From assembly GCA_951406725.2 (NCBI GenBank), contig OX597822.1, positions 91,326,001 through 91,390,000 of the forward strand: a DNA stretch of 64,000 nucleotides, given 5' to 3'. Position numbers and translations under genes: made by a program. The DNA comes from Octopus vulgaris (lineage: Eukaryota). Under the pieces are notes generated by a model. That model ran no database searches, had not been told where the DNA came from, and worked only from the letters and a program-made list of their open reading frames with translations. Positions 39,506-52,644 of the stretch are shown one piece after another (the first letter of the stretch is position 1; each line of letters begins with the position of its first letter).

Positions 39506-40355
39506 ATTATAATCATTAATATTAATCATTTTAATGTGTGTTTTTCTAGGATAGCATGAATAGATCAACTTGTAGAAGGTTATAAACTGTTCAGAACAAT
39601 GCTTCTAGCTCATGAAAATATGTTTCACTTTTGTCTTTGTAATATCATAGATGTTTGGCTATTAAAAAAAAAACTACAATGTCTTTCGTTTGTAGAGTTT
39701 GAAAGTTTGATTGTAGTCCTTGAAAAAAAAAAAGAGTGTAACATTGTTGCCTTGATATTGGTGGTGACTGGCTTTATAGTCTTGAATGAAGACTGTCTCA
39801 TCCACTGCAGGAAAATTTCAAAAAAATCATTATTCATGCAAGTGATCAGAATTCTGGTGTATGGAGACACCTATGATTGAAAGATTGTTGAGAAATCGAG
39901 AGTGATATCATCTGCTTTAAAAATAATCTATGTTAGAAATCACAGCAAGAAGAAACAGCATTGGTAATAAAGCTTAATTCTGAAACACCACCAAAGTAAC
40001 AGAATTCAGTTGAGAAAGAATACCTTCATTACTTACTATGGTGAAGTTTAGTGGTGTGTATATATGTGTGTGAAAGAGGGAGGAAGAGAGGGAGAGAGAG
40101 AGAAAGAGACCATATGTAAGTAACTTTGCCAGGAAATTTTCATGCCAGATACTGACAACCTGGCTAATTATATTGCTTTTGCCTAACTTTCCATGAGAAA
40201 AACATTATTCATGTCCAGCGTAAAATAAGTTGGATATCTTAGGTAGATCTGGCTCAAAAGAAACTGAATAGAAAAAAAAAGGATCAAGAGGACAAACAAG
40301 GAAGTTGTTTACAACAGTCTCCATCACCTTTGAGATGTAAGTTAACTGATTATCT

Positions 40356-40752
40356 CTCATTTACTCATTTACTTGTTTCAGTCATTTGACTGTAGCCATG
40401 CTGGAGCACCGCCTTTAGTCGAGGAAATCGACCCCAGGACTTATTCTTAGTAAGCCTAGTACTTATTCTATTGGTCTATTTTGCCGAACCGCTAAGTTAC
40501 GGGGACGTAAACACACCAGCATCGGTTGTCAAGCGATGTTGGGGGGACAAAAACAGACACACATACACACACATACATACATACGTATATATACATATAC
40601 ATATATATGACGTCTACCAAATCCATTCACAAGGCTTTGGTTGGCCCAAGGCTATAGTAGAAGACACTTGCCCAAGGTGCCACGCAGTGGGACTGAACCC
40701 GGAACCATGTGGTTCGTAAGCAAGCTACTTACCACACAGCCACTCCTACGCC
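40356..40752 (-). mobile_element. SINE family A, full length
   Basis: Reverse complement of 25287-25711. Confidence 0.95.
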
Positions 40753-40970
40753 TGATGGATAAAAGATATTGATGGGATAAAAGACATTGTTTTTCATTAC
40801 AATCAAATAGTCAGGTTTTCATGAAATAGGACAAATATTCAGAGTGACAGAGTCAAACTGGAGTGTTTCTTGAAGATAGGAGCAAGAAGCAAATTTGGAA
40901 GTACAGTTAAAAGATAAACTTAGAAGGTAACCACCATGCTGGGATGAAATATTTGGAGTTTTCATATAAA

Positions 40971-41180
40971 GTGGCAAGCTGGTAGAATCATTAGCATGCC
41001 AGACAAAATGCTGAGAGGCATTTTTTCTGTCTTTATGTTCTGAGTTCAAATCTTACCAAGGCTGAATTTGCCTTTCATACTTTCAAGGTCGATAAAATAA
41101 GTAGCAGTTGAGCACTGGGGTCAGCGTAATCAACTAGCCCCTCCCACAAAATTTCAGGCCTTGGGGATATAATAGAAAGC
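40971..41180 (+). mobile_element. SINE family B
   Basis: gtggcaagctggtagaatcattagca (A-box), ctgagttcaaatc (B-box), tttgcctttcat..gtcgataaaataagta. Confidence 0.85.
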
Positions 41181-42869
41181 ATTACTTATACAGCAAATCT
41201 GTAATACAGCCATATTCTGAAAAACTCAACCTGAATAAATAATAGTTGATATCTAACACACTTGTCTCCACTCCATCTCAAGATGACATCAAATTTGAAT
41301 TTGATCCTGAATTAATTACCTACATAGTACTGCTGCAGAGCATCACGCTTCTCATGCAAACCACTAATGAAAAGTACCTTTCTGGTTGCCATATTTTCTA
41401 AACTTCTTTTACCATAACTACAACACTTACAGCAATACTAATCATATCACAAAGATAACCGAGCTAACTTCAGCAAAGCCATCTGAATAGTCCTTAATTT
41501 TAAAGTTCTATCTGTTCATAGTCTCAAACCACTTCCAGACAACTAATGCACCTAAGATTCAGTTCTCTCACTTAAAAAAGAAATTGATCCTCATCAACAT
41601 AATTCAATTTCTAAATCAAATCCTTCTATGATTCAATTAACAATTAAACTGCAATCAACTTTTCTACTACAAAAGTAGCTTCCACATAAATTATAAGAAA
41701 TTATAGTTTCCATTAAGAAGCAGAAAAGAGAAAAGTAAAAGTTACAATACACATGCATATCAAGAAGCAATATTTTCAAAACATTATTTAATGTTTGCCT
41801 CAAGAATACTTAATATGAAAAATATCTTAATTTTTTTATGCTTATTTTTTTTTTTTAAGTAAAATGTCCCAAGTGGAAGAGAATATGTATGTGTAATTTT
41901 TATGTGATCTAATTTTTATTCTAGAAATAAGTAGCATATTGGTTAGTGATTCAAATAGTGAACTACTGCAAATCTGCTGCTCAAACCTCCACACTAGAAA
42001 ACAACACAAAAAGATAATGGAGAAAACAGAGAGAAAGTAAAACATGGAAAGATCAAATAATTGAAATTCAATAATATTAGAATAACTAATAATAAAAGGC
42101 AATGATAAAAATAGAGTGTTTTGATACATGAGAAAGGAATAGGCAGGTATTCAAGATATATAAAGAATACAGCAAGACTTGTGTCAAGAAATATTTCCCA
42201 TTTTAGCTAGAAACTGCTTTAAATGTTATCACATAAATATATTTTCATGAGGAAGCAGTAGGCAAATTCTTATTCAAGGGATATGTTTTGTATATTGAGA
42301 GTTAACTGATTATCTCAACAGTCTGACAGTAAATGACTTTTTAGGGAAGGAGAGAAGCTGCTAAAAATAAGTAGTATAGCACATGTGTCAAGAACATTGT
42401 TCTAATTTGGAGTGTATCTAGATTTCTAACAAAATGAGGTGCATACAATATGGTGTACAATTAAAAGCTTAAATAGTTTTGAGTGAGTTATGCAATTAAA
42501 ATGTTACTACAATAGACATAGAAATAGTATAATTGGACAATAACATTTTATTATTGGATAATTTCTGTGAAAAAAAAGAAGAGGAAATCAAGAAAACTAG
42601 CAAAACTGGTGCTATAAACAAATACCAAATAGTTGGTTGGCTGATCCATAAAATACAAAAGCAACAAAGAAAAAAGACCATTCTGAAACGTTCGTAAATT
42701 TCTTACAACAACCAATAATGAAAATTTCCACTTAAAGTTTCAGTAAATATAAGTGCTTAAAAATATATCTTTTGATAATTTAAGAAAATAAAAATTTCTT
42801 TTAACCATTTAGGAGTATTATTTAGGATTTCTCCGTCATTCTTGATTGTAAAATTTTACTTGCACACAT

Positions 42870-43460
42870 CATGCAACACTATAGGCATGGAAGTTCCCAT
42901 GGCACAGCTTACAACTGGAAATTCTTATGGGGCAGCCTAATGAAAACTACAGACCAAATCTGTGGCTAGTACAAAGTTCCATCCAGATCTTGAGTGACAT
43001 GGTGGTGGAATAGTGAAGTAGACAAATTGTTGGACCGAGTAATGAAAGTTATAGCAAAGTCATACTTCAACTCATTAGGAAAAAGAGTTAACCTAGATGC
43101 GATGCAGTTTGGTATTATACCAGGGAGAAGCACTACTGATGCTACCTTCCTAGTAAGCATTTAGCCAAAAGTAAACTGCTGTATTTGGCATTTGTCAACA
43201 TAGAGAAAGCCTTTGATGGGGTCCTCAACTCTCTCATCTGGTTGCTATGGAAGCTAGGGATGAATGGCTAGAGAGAGCTGTCCAAGCCATGTTAGAGGGA
43301 TGCTGTCAGTAAGGTGAAAGTCAGCAATGAGTACCGCAATGAATTTAGTGTGCGGGTAGTTCACCAAGGATCAGTTTTCAGCCCCCTTTTGTTTATTATA
43401 GTCTTCTAGGAATTTAAAACTGGTTGTCCATCAGAGCTCCTCTGTGCTGATGACCTTGTT
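42870..43460 (+). pseudogene. RTE LINE fragment (RT N-terminal motifs)
   Basis: MQFGIIPGRSTTDATF, LAFVNIEKAFD, HQGSVFSPLLF and LLCADDL. Confidence 0.85.
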
Positions 43461-43873
43461 TTTTTGTAAAAGATAACCTCATTAAATATCATATGGGTTT
43501 ACATAATTCTTTTATATGTACAAACCTATGTGCAAGTTAATGAAATGGTTCCACTACCAATTGAAATGATCTTTAATACATAACTTTAATTACATAAGTT
43601 ATGCAATACCATCATCTTCATTCCTTCATCTGTTTACTATTATATTCTATGATAAAAGTACCAACTGCTAAATTGGTGAGTTTCTTCAGATTAATGACTT
43701 GTATTAGAGTGCCCTGTGGATTAAATAATAAGAATTCTGATTTTTCTCTCGAGATATTATGTTAGCCAGGATTTTCGCTTGGGGAGGTGACTGAAGTATT
43801 TGTTTGAATTTCCTTAATACCTACTTTCTCTAAACAAAACAAAACACAAAGCAAGCAAGCATGCATACATAAA

Positions 43874-44135
43874 TCATCATCATCATCATCATTTAACATC
43901 TGTTGTCCATGCTGGCATGGGTTGGACAGTTTGACCAGGGCTGGCAAGCTGGAAGGCTGAACCAGAATCCAGTTTGATTTGGCATGGTTTCTACGGCTGG
44001 ATACCCTTTCTAATGACAACCACTCTGAGAGTGTAGTAGGTGCTTTTACGTACCATCAGCACGGGTGCCATTTGCATGACACCAATATCTGCTACTGTTG
44101 TGATTTTACTTGGCTTGATGGGTCTTCTCAAGCAT
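43874..44135 (-). mobile_element. RTE 3' tail copy
   Basis: (CAT)n-ttaacatctgttgtccatgctggcatgggttggac... Confidence 0.85.
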
Positions 44136-44751
44136 AACTTTAATACCAAATAGACAAATAGATCAGCCTCACTACAATGTTTCATTAAGAGACTCTATTA
44201 TGACATAACATCATATGCTCAGTTAGGCAAGACATGCAACATTCATAACATTATACAATACATCAGAATACAATAACCTCCCAAACCATTAGGAAAGCAT
44301 ATGTAAGTCAATATTTGATATGTTGTTAGACTGGCAAGTTCAGCAACACTTGAAGTAGGAATATCAACAGTTCAATATAGTAGTGGGGAGGAAAGTCAAC
44401 CAATCAGAAATTGTAGGTAGTGTAGTTAAGCCGTCAAAGAAAGATTGGTACCCAAATTGGAAACATCAAGCAAGAAGATTGGTGGCAGATAAATTATAAT
44501 TGAATAAAAAAGCAAATAAAAAATACTGAAGAGAAACTGAATGGCACAATTTATCTTCATCTGTCTTTAAATCTATCAACTTCACCTGGAATTAGAGATT
44601 GGCAGCAAGAATTCATTATCACAGATAGTGCAAAATTCCTACTTCAAGTGTTGCTGAACTTGAAGTGGAGCATTTCTGAGGCCTCAGAAATAATTGGTAA
44701 ATGCAATCATAAAGAGATGATATACTAAATTACATTGTATTGTGTTGTGTG

Positions 44752-45312
44752 GTTGCTCTAATTGCTGAGTCACTATCAGAACTAGAGGAGAAGTTTCAAG
44801 TGTGGAAACAAGGATTAGAATCAAAGGACCTTAGAGTCAACCTAGCTAAAACCAAAGTCCTAATAAGTAGGAAGGCAGGCAAACCACAAATCCCTTCAGG
44901 TAGATGGCCCTGCTCGATCTGTAGAAAAGGCGTAGGTAGAAACTCTATAAGATGTACCCAGTGTAAGCTATGGACACATAAGAGGTGCAGTAATATCAAA
45001 GGAAGGCTAACTGGGAAGATAGTTTTTATATATGGCAGATGCTTGGGAGCAATGAACACTGAAAATGTGCAGAGAACAACTTCTGCCACATTCCAGGGAG
45101 AAAAACTAGAAGTAGTTGATACTTTCCGTTACCTGGGTGACCAAGTCAGCAGCGGGGGAGTGTGCACTGAAAGTGTAGCTGCTAGAATAAGAATAGCCTG
45201 GCCCTTGTGCCGGTGGCACATAAAAGCACCCACTACACTCTCAGAGTGGTAGGCGTTAGGAAGGGCATCCAGCTGTAGAAACTCTGCCAGATCAGATTGG
45301 AGTCTGGTGCAA
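44752..45312 (+). mobile_element. RTE LINE fragment (RT C-terminus with PHD-like finger) fused to a 3' tail
   Basis: ORF 44740-45252: LRVNLAKTKVL..CSICRKGVGRNSIRCTQCKLWTHKRC..LEVVDTFRYLG..ARIRIAW, then a jump to the tail at ~45200. Confidence 0.88.
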
Positions 45313-45462
45313 AGAAAATTATGGCTAGATAGGTAGTTATGAAGTAAAGTTACCAAACCCACCAGATTATAACAATATTACCATACTCATTATAGATAAT
45401 TTGATAATGTGAATAAAATAAGTCAATTAAGAGAACTTAAATTATTATATATATATTTATTC

Positions 45463-45831
45463 AGTTATTTACTTGTTTCTGTCATTTGATTGCAGCCATG
45501 CTGGAGCACCGCCTTTTAGTCAAACAAATCAACCCTAGGACTCATTCTTTGTAAGCCTAGTACTTACTCTATCAGTTTCTTTTGCCAAACTACTAAATTA
45601 CACCGACATAAACACACCATCAGTTGTCAAGCAATGGTGGGGGGGACAAGCACAGACACACACGCATATATACATATACGACGGGCTTCTTTCAATTTCC
45701 GTCTACCAAATCCACTAACTAGGCTTTGGTTGGCCCGAGGCTATAGTAGAAGACACTTGCCCGAGGTGCCACACAGTGGAACTGAACCTGGAACTATGTG
45801 ATTGGGAAGTAAGCTTCTTACCACACAGCCA
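45463..45831 (-). mobile_element. SINE family A
   Basis: Reverse-complement homology to 25287-25711. Confidence 0.92.
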
Positions 45832-46084
45832 TGTTGCAAAAAAGAAAAAAAAGTGGGGTCAATTTATTTGACTAAAAAAATTCTTAAAGGTGATTCCCCA
45901 GCATGAGTAAAATTTGACATAAAAACACTTAGATTTAACATTAGTAAATAAATACATAATTAAAAAAAAAAGGTGTCAGAGTGACAATGCATATCCTGTG
46001 CACAGATAAGTTTTTGCGTAAATTATAGTGCGGCTTGCAATGCATTGCTTACCCGTGTTTTTTAATTAAACTGAATTATTATTT

Positions 46085-46990
46085 GTTTTTTTTTAAGTAT
46101 CACCATTATGGGTATTTATACTCCAGTGAAACGAAGAGATCAACTTGTAAATAAATGAAACCATCGGATCTATTGCTGTACATGCACACACAATCACACA
46201 TAGTCGCATATCTATGTATGTATATATATATATGTATGTGCCTACATGTGTCCATGCACATAGGTACACCATGATCTAAATATACGCAGATGAGGGTTGA
46301 TTCATATGAGAAAGAAGTGAACAAAATTAAATACTTATAGAAAATATTGCACAGAATGTATTTCCAACATCTTTCAATGATGGCAGGTGCACCAAATGTA
46401 CTATAGTTTGTTGTAAGATATAAATAATATATCTTGCTTATCGAGAAATTTGTAAGTTCAATTAAATTTTTTTATTTTTAAAGTATCATCATTATAAGTA
46501 TTTATACTCTCTTCTACTTGTTTCAGTCATTTGACTATGGCCATGCTAGAGCACTACCTTTAGTCGAGCAAATCGACCCCAGGACTTATTCTTTGTAAGC
46601 CTAGTACTTATTCTATCGGTCACTTTTGCTGAACCACTAAGTTACAGGGACATTAACACACCAGCATCAGTTGTTAAGCGATGTTGAGGGGACAAACACA
46701 GACACACAAACATATACACACACATACATATATACGACAGGCTTCTTTGTTTCCATCTACCAAATCCACTCACAAGGCTTTGGTCGGCCCAAGGCGATAG
46801 TAGAAGACACTTGCCCAAGGTGCCACACAGTGGGACTGAACCTGGAACCATGTGGTTGGTAAGCAAGCTACTTACCACACAGCCACTCCTACTCTGATGA
46901 AATTAAGAAATCAATTCGTAAATAAACAAAACCCTCAAACTGATCACTGCACACACACACAGAGTCGCATATCTATGTATGTAGTTATGT
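46085..46990 (+). repeat. Diverged direct duplication; the second copy is split by a SINE
   Basis: aagtatcaccattatgggtatttatactc..agtcgcatatctatgtatgta (46095-46222) versus aagtatcatcattataagtatttatactc[SINE]..agtcgcatatctatgtatgta (46481-46983). Confidence 0.8.
46511..46889 (-). mobile_element. SINE family A
   Basis: Reverse-complement homology, with TACTCT on both flanks. Confidence 0.93.
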
Positions 46991-47261
46991 ATGTTTGAAG
47001 ATAATCAAACTAAATTTTCATCATTTTGAGCCACTCACCCAATGAGTATTTCTGCCAAATTTGGTGAAAATCCATTCAGCCGTTTTCCTGTAATTTTGCA
47101 AACACACTGACAAACAGACCAAGACGAGTGATTACAATACCTTGCTTTTGCTTACACACATAGGGTAATAAAAGTATCAAATTAGGAAGAGTGGCAGGAA
47201 TAGAGTTAAAATAATAATTTCTAACTAGGAAGCATTATTTGAAGTTTGAGACAAATTCTAT

Positions 47262-47631
47262 TACTTTTTACTCTTTTACTTGTTTCAGTCATATGACTGC
47301 AGCCATGCTGGAGCACCGCCTTTAGTCGAGCAAATCGCCCCCAAGACTTATTCTTTGTAAGCCCTAAGTGACGGCAACGTAAACACACCAGCATCGGTTG
47401 TCAAGCAATGCTAGGGGTACAAACACAGACACACAAACGCATATATATATATTTATTTATATACATATATACGACGGGCTTCTTTCAGTTTCCATCTACC
47501 AAATCCACTCACAAGGCTTTGGTCTGCCTGAGGCTATAGAAGACACTTGCCCAAGGTGCCATACAGTGGGACTGAAATTGGAACCATGTGGTTGGTAAGC
47601 AAGCTACTTACCACACAGCCACTCCTGCGCC
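47262..47631 (-). mobile_element. SINE family A with a small internal deletion
   Basis: Reverse-complement homology; lacks the tagtacttattctatc..gaacc segment. Confidence 0.93.
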
Positions 47632-48074
47632 TATTAATTTCATTTGTTTTATAAAATTACTGCATTATTAAGTTATACCACCTATTTTATATTGTTCAAA
47701 TGATATGTTAAGTTTGGTTAAAATCAAAGTAAATCAACTATTAGTAGTAAGTTTTATAGTATAAACTTAATTAGGGCAGGTATGCCATTAACAGACTGTG
47801 AGAAGGTTACAGTATGGGTTTAAAATATAAGACAGAAAGTGGACATTTAATTCATAACTCGTTATATTTATTAATAATTAGCTTAAAAGCCACACTCTGT
47901 GCAAACTTTTAAGCTAGCTCCTGCAGAAGGCTAATTGGGCCTGCAGCCCAAAACTAAAGAGAGCGATAATAATAAAGCATTTATTCGTATCCTACCTATT
48001 ACTTTAAAATCAGTTTAAATGAGAAACTTGTAACTTCACAAATTTTTGGAGTTCTTTTAAAATTTGAATAGGTG

Positions 48075-48275
48075 TGTGTGTGTACTGTGACTGTGTTTGT
48101 CCCCCACCACTGCTTGATAACAGGTGTTGCCGTGTTTATGTTCACATAACTTTAGTAGTTTGGTAAAAGAGGCCGATAAAAAAGTACCAGGCAAAAAACC
48201 GAAAGAACTGGTGTTGATTTCTTCAAAGTGGTGCCCCAGTGAAGCAGCAGTCTGATGACTGAAAACGATAAAAGA
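48075..48275 (+). mobile_element. SINE family A, 3' half, old
   Basis: tgtttgtcccccaccactgcttga..gtgccccag..tgactgaaa. Confidence 0.75.
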
Positions 48276-49303
48276 ACCACCAAATTCCTTAGTAAAACTT
48301 AAAGCTAAGGGAAGTAACTCTTGTACCTCTCAGTTGCTTTACTTGCCAGAAATAGCAACCCAAAAGCATTTAAATCAGATCCCAATGCTTGATGTTCTAG
48401 AACCAAATGAAGGGCAGATTTTCAATCCTGGGATCATCCTGATTCCAAAAAGGTATAATATGTCTATGTAGAGCAAATGTAGACAGATATAGGAGTCCCA
48501 GACAGACAGAATTTCACTTTTAGTAATATAGATGTTATTTGAACATTTTCAGATTTCTATTCAGTACAACAGAAATTTCAATCATAACAATGGTTCATGA
48601 GGATTAGCATATTGAATAATACTCTATGATAAACAATAATCAATATTGTTTCCTTTAAATCCCCAGATTTTTACAGTGACAGACGTTGATTTCATTGTAT
48701 CTCTCCTCCAAAATATGTGGAGGTAATATCTTCTTGGTTTAAGATTTCAAGTCATAGTACCTATGTAAATGAAAGTTTGTCGATTCATTTACATTACACT
48801 GATATACAATATTTTTAATTAAGCATTTGTCAAGCAGGCACTCGATTTTTTTTCTTACACTTGCACAAGTTAGTTAACTTGGGAAGGAGAATCAGGCAGG
48901 ATATAGAGTCAGTGGTGGTGAGTGAAATGTGTAATTTTTTAAAACTAAGTTTTTTGCCTCCATTACTTAGCCCGTATATAATGCTTTTACATGATTAGTT
49001 GAAGGGGAGGGCAAAGAGCAAAAGAAAAAAGAGAGAAAAAGAGGATAAGGCAAAGAGTGAGAGTGCTGTGTCTATAAAATTGTGCATAAAGTATATAAAG
49101 TGTATATATAAAGTGCATTAAATAATCATCGGATTCCAATTTTCTTCACTTGTCAATGAGTAGCAAATGAGCAAGTATCTTTCCATACATACACAACACA
49201 GGCTATGCTTTCAGGTTTTTTGGATAAAGTTTTCAAAAATAGCCCAATAAGTTTGCCATTAATTCCATGAAATATTCACAGGTCCCACTAGTTATTATTA
49301 TAA

Positions 49304-49510
49304 GGCGAGCTGGCAGAATCGTTTGCACTCTGGGAATAATGCTTGGTAGCATTTTGTCCATCTTTACAGTCTGAGTTCAAATTCCACTGAGATTGACTTT
49401 GCCTTTCATCCTTTCAGAGTTGATGAAAGAACTACCAGTTGAGCACACTGGGGTTGATGTAATCAACCCCCCCCCCCAACTTACTGGCTTTGTGCCAAAA
49501 TTTGAAACCA
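49304..49510 (+). mobile_element. SINE family B
   Basis: ggcgagctggcagaatcgtt..ctgagttcaaattcc..gactttgcctttcatccttt. Confidence 0.88.
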
Positions 49511-49877
49511 TGAGGCATGACTAGTAGAGTAAGGTCTAACAGAGTGTGTTTGGGTTATACTCATGCCTGAATCAATGCTATTATTAGTAAAGAAGTGTTT
49601 ATTAATTTTACTATGATCAATAGTAGTGATATTATTGGCTAAATTCGGTGTAGTAGAAAAAGAGATCTTAATAGGATGCGTTTTAAAGATTCATCTATAA
49701 TTACTAGAAGGAAGAAAATGACATTCTAAAGGATTAAAAAATTCCTTCACTAGTTGCATTTATTGCACCAGGAGAGTTACGCCACAAAACTTCATTTTTA
49801 TGTAAACAATGTTTAAAAACTTGGTGTTGAGTATGATTGTCATTTTTACAGTTATTTATTATTATTATTATTATTTA

Positions 49878-50370
49878 GGTGACAAGCTAGTAGAATCATT
49901 AGCACACTAGACAAAATGCTAATCTTTATGTTCAGAGTACAAATCAACAGAGATTAACTTTTGCCTTCCATTCTTTAACCCTTTCGTTACTGTATTTATT
50001 TTGAAATGCTCCGTGTTTCTTTCAATTACTTTAAATATAACAAAGAATTTAGTAAAATGACTTAGTTATCATTAAGCTAGTGTTAGGAATATAAATTGTG
50101 ACTCAGGTTTGGTGGAAGATTTTAATTCAAAACTTATGAAAACAAGACATTTGTACTCCGAGCCCCAGCCGGTTTCAGCCGGGTTGGTAACGAAAGGGTT
50201 AAGGCACCAGACAAAATGCTTAGTGGCACTTCTGTCTTTATGTTCAGAGTACAAATTCGACAGAGATTAACTTTTGCTTTCCATTCTTAAGGATTGATAA
50301 AATAAGTATCAGTGAAGTACTGGGATCAATGCAATCAATTTTCAGGCCTTGTGCCTATAGTAGAAAGGAT
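49878..50370 (+). mobile_element. SINE family B with an internal ~75-bp duplication and a nested MITE
   Basis: agacaaaatgct..tctttatgttcagagtacaaat..acagagattaacttttgc occurs both before and after the MITE. Confidence 0.8.
49979..50198. mobile_element. piggyBac-type MITE
   Basis: TTAA-CCCTTTCGTTAC...GTAACGAAAGGG-TTAA, a perfect 12-bp TIR. Confidence 0.92.
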
Positions 50371-50381
50371 TATTATTATAC

Positions 50382-50590
50382 TCTCTCTTTACTCTCTTAC
50401 TTGTTTCAGTCATTTGACTGCAGCCATGCTGGAGCACCGCCTTTAGTCAAGCAAATCAACCCCGGGACTTATTTGTTGTAAGCCCAGTACTTATTCTATC
50501 GGTCTCTTTTGCCAAACCGCTAAGTGACGGGGACATAAACACACCAGCATTAGTTGTCAAGCAATGCTAGGGGGACAAACACAGACACAC
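50382..50590 (-). mobile_element. SINE family A, 3' half
   Basis: tacttgtttcagtcatttgactgcagccatgctggagcaccgcc... Confidence 0.9.
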
Positions 50591-50591
50591 A

Positions 50592-51300
50592 TTATTGTTT
50601 ATGGCTTGCAAGGGCTGCACAAGCCATACACAAAGATGCAGTAAGCAAAGTGGGTGTCAACGATGACTTCAATGATGAATTTAACATAAAGGTAGGAGCT
50701 CCTCATGGTTTAGTCCTTAGTCTTCTTTTCACCATAGTTCTATAGGACATCACAGAGTTTAAGACTGGCTGTCCATAAGAACTATATGTTGATGATGAAG
50801 TTCTCAAAGTTGAATCTGTAGTGGAATTGGAGGGGAAATACCAAGAATGGAAGCTAAGTCTAGAATCAAGAGACTTCAATGTAAACTTAGAAAAGGCAAA
50901 GGTTTTAGGAAGTAGGAAAGAGAACAGGACCCTGGCATCTTCTGCTTGACATGCAGACACAGAGTAAGGATAATCTCCTTATGCTGCATCCAATATAATC
51001 TATAGATGCACAAAAGGTATAATGCAATTGCAGACAGAATAAAAGTAAGCTTTATGTGTAACATGCACTGGAGCAGTATGTGCAAGCACACTAGAAATAG
51101 ATTCTTTTATGACTCACTAGAAGTAGCTGATAGCTTTCATTACCTAGGAGATGCAATTAATACAAGAAGTGGTTGCTCTGAAAATATAGTAGCCAGGTTA
51201 ACAACAGGTTGGAGTAAGTTCAGGGAGCTACAGTTGTTGTGAGCAACAAAAGTGTTTTCCTTCAGAGTAAAAGGTACAAGTGAAAGGCAAGACTGTATGA
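50592..51300 (+). pseudogene. RTE LINE RT fragment
   Basis: VGAPHGLVLSLLF, LYVDDE, NVNLEKAK and LEVADSFHYLG..ARLTTGWSKFREL. Confidence 0.8.
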
Positions 51301-51838
51301 CAATCGTGTTAGAATTGTGATACTTCAAGATGAGCTAGCAGCAGTATGTAAGCTAAAAGTAAACAAGAGAAAACCTTCAATGGGGTCCCTCCAATGTGAT
51401 CTGATGGTGACTGAGGAAGTTTGTGGTCAAATTGCCTTTAAGAGTTTTATGTGTTGTTAACAGAGGTGCTGTCCGCAAGGTGAGAATTAGTACTGCGTAT
51501 AGAAGGTAGAGGTTCATCATGGCTCAGTTCTTTATCCCTTCCTATTCATCATAGTTCTCCAGGCTATAACAGAAGTTAAGACTAGATGATCATGGAAACT
51601 CCTACAAGCTTATGTTCATATAGCTGCATCAGTAAAATTAGAAGAGAAATTCTTTGTGTGAAAGCAGAACTTGGAGTCAAGAGGCTTCAAAGTTAACTTG
51701 GCAAAGACTAAAAGTTTAGTAAGTAGGAAAATAACAGAGAGGACTACGTCCAAGAAGGAAATGGTCTTGTTTGATATACAGAAAAGGAGTACATAGAAAT
51801 TCCATGCAGTGTACCCAGTGCAGACTATAGACACACAA

Positions 51839-52112
51839 GGGATCTTTTCCTTTTGAACGGAACTTTGTAACATAATTTCTAGGTAACTAAAAAGTTTTAA
51901 ACTTCGTATACTGGTAGAATGTGTTTATAAAACATCAAATTGCCGAAATGCTCGAAATTTCAGATGAAATATCTTGCAAACTATAGAATTTTCTCAATAA
52001 AGCCAAGAGAAAATGATGTTTTATAAACACATTCTACCAGTATACGAAGTTTAAAACTTTTTAGTTACCTAGAAATTATGTTACAAAGTGCCGTTCAAAA
52101 GGAAAAGATCCC
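51839..52112. mobile_element. Young MITE with 99-bp TIRs
   Basis: 51839-51937 and 52014-52112 are reverse complements with 1 mismatch. The TSD is either ACACAA (6 bp) or CACACAAG (8 bp, if the ends are GGATC/GATCC). Confidence 0.93.
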
Positions 52113-52644
52113 ACACAAGAGGTGCAGAACTGAAGAAGTCCTTCCCATCACAGTGAAGCTGAGGTTCTGGAAGCATAATGTGTATGTAAACAACTGGGCT
52201 CCAAGCCCAATTTCTCCGTTAAGTTTTCCCAACCCCTTCATTTCCTTATCACTCTTCTACTGCAGAACTACACATTTCATCCCTTTCCGTGTTTACCAGT
52301 TATCTAACCCTCTTCATGAATCACTTTATTTTGATGCCCATTCCTCATTCATAACATTGTATTTTCAGTTGGTCACCCTTTCTGTACCCCTGGTTATCTT
52401 TCCCCATCTTCTGAATCACTTTCTATGACACTTATACCACATTCTTAACACTATCTCATATCTACCATCAACCACTTCCACCATTATTCACCATTCAGTA
52501 CATTCACCCTTATGTACCACCGACCATTTCAGTCCCTATCACTATGTCTCTCTCACTCTTTCCCCTCACTCGTGCAATTTTTACTCACCCACCAGTACCT
52601 GCAATCTCCTTATCTCTCGCCCATCCACCCATTTACTGTATTGT

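Noticed and set aside
25320-47598. Recurrent short ORF ending QIHSQGFG..EDTCPRCH..EPCGW that looks like a multicopy peptide family
   Set aside because: It is the antisense translation of SINE family A; every instance lies inside a SINE copy.
48400-48450. Candidate par-3 exon 2 (GAT GAT CCC on the minus strand)
   Set aside because: Translations do not give GGILDxDD, and there are no suitable splice sites.
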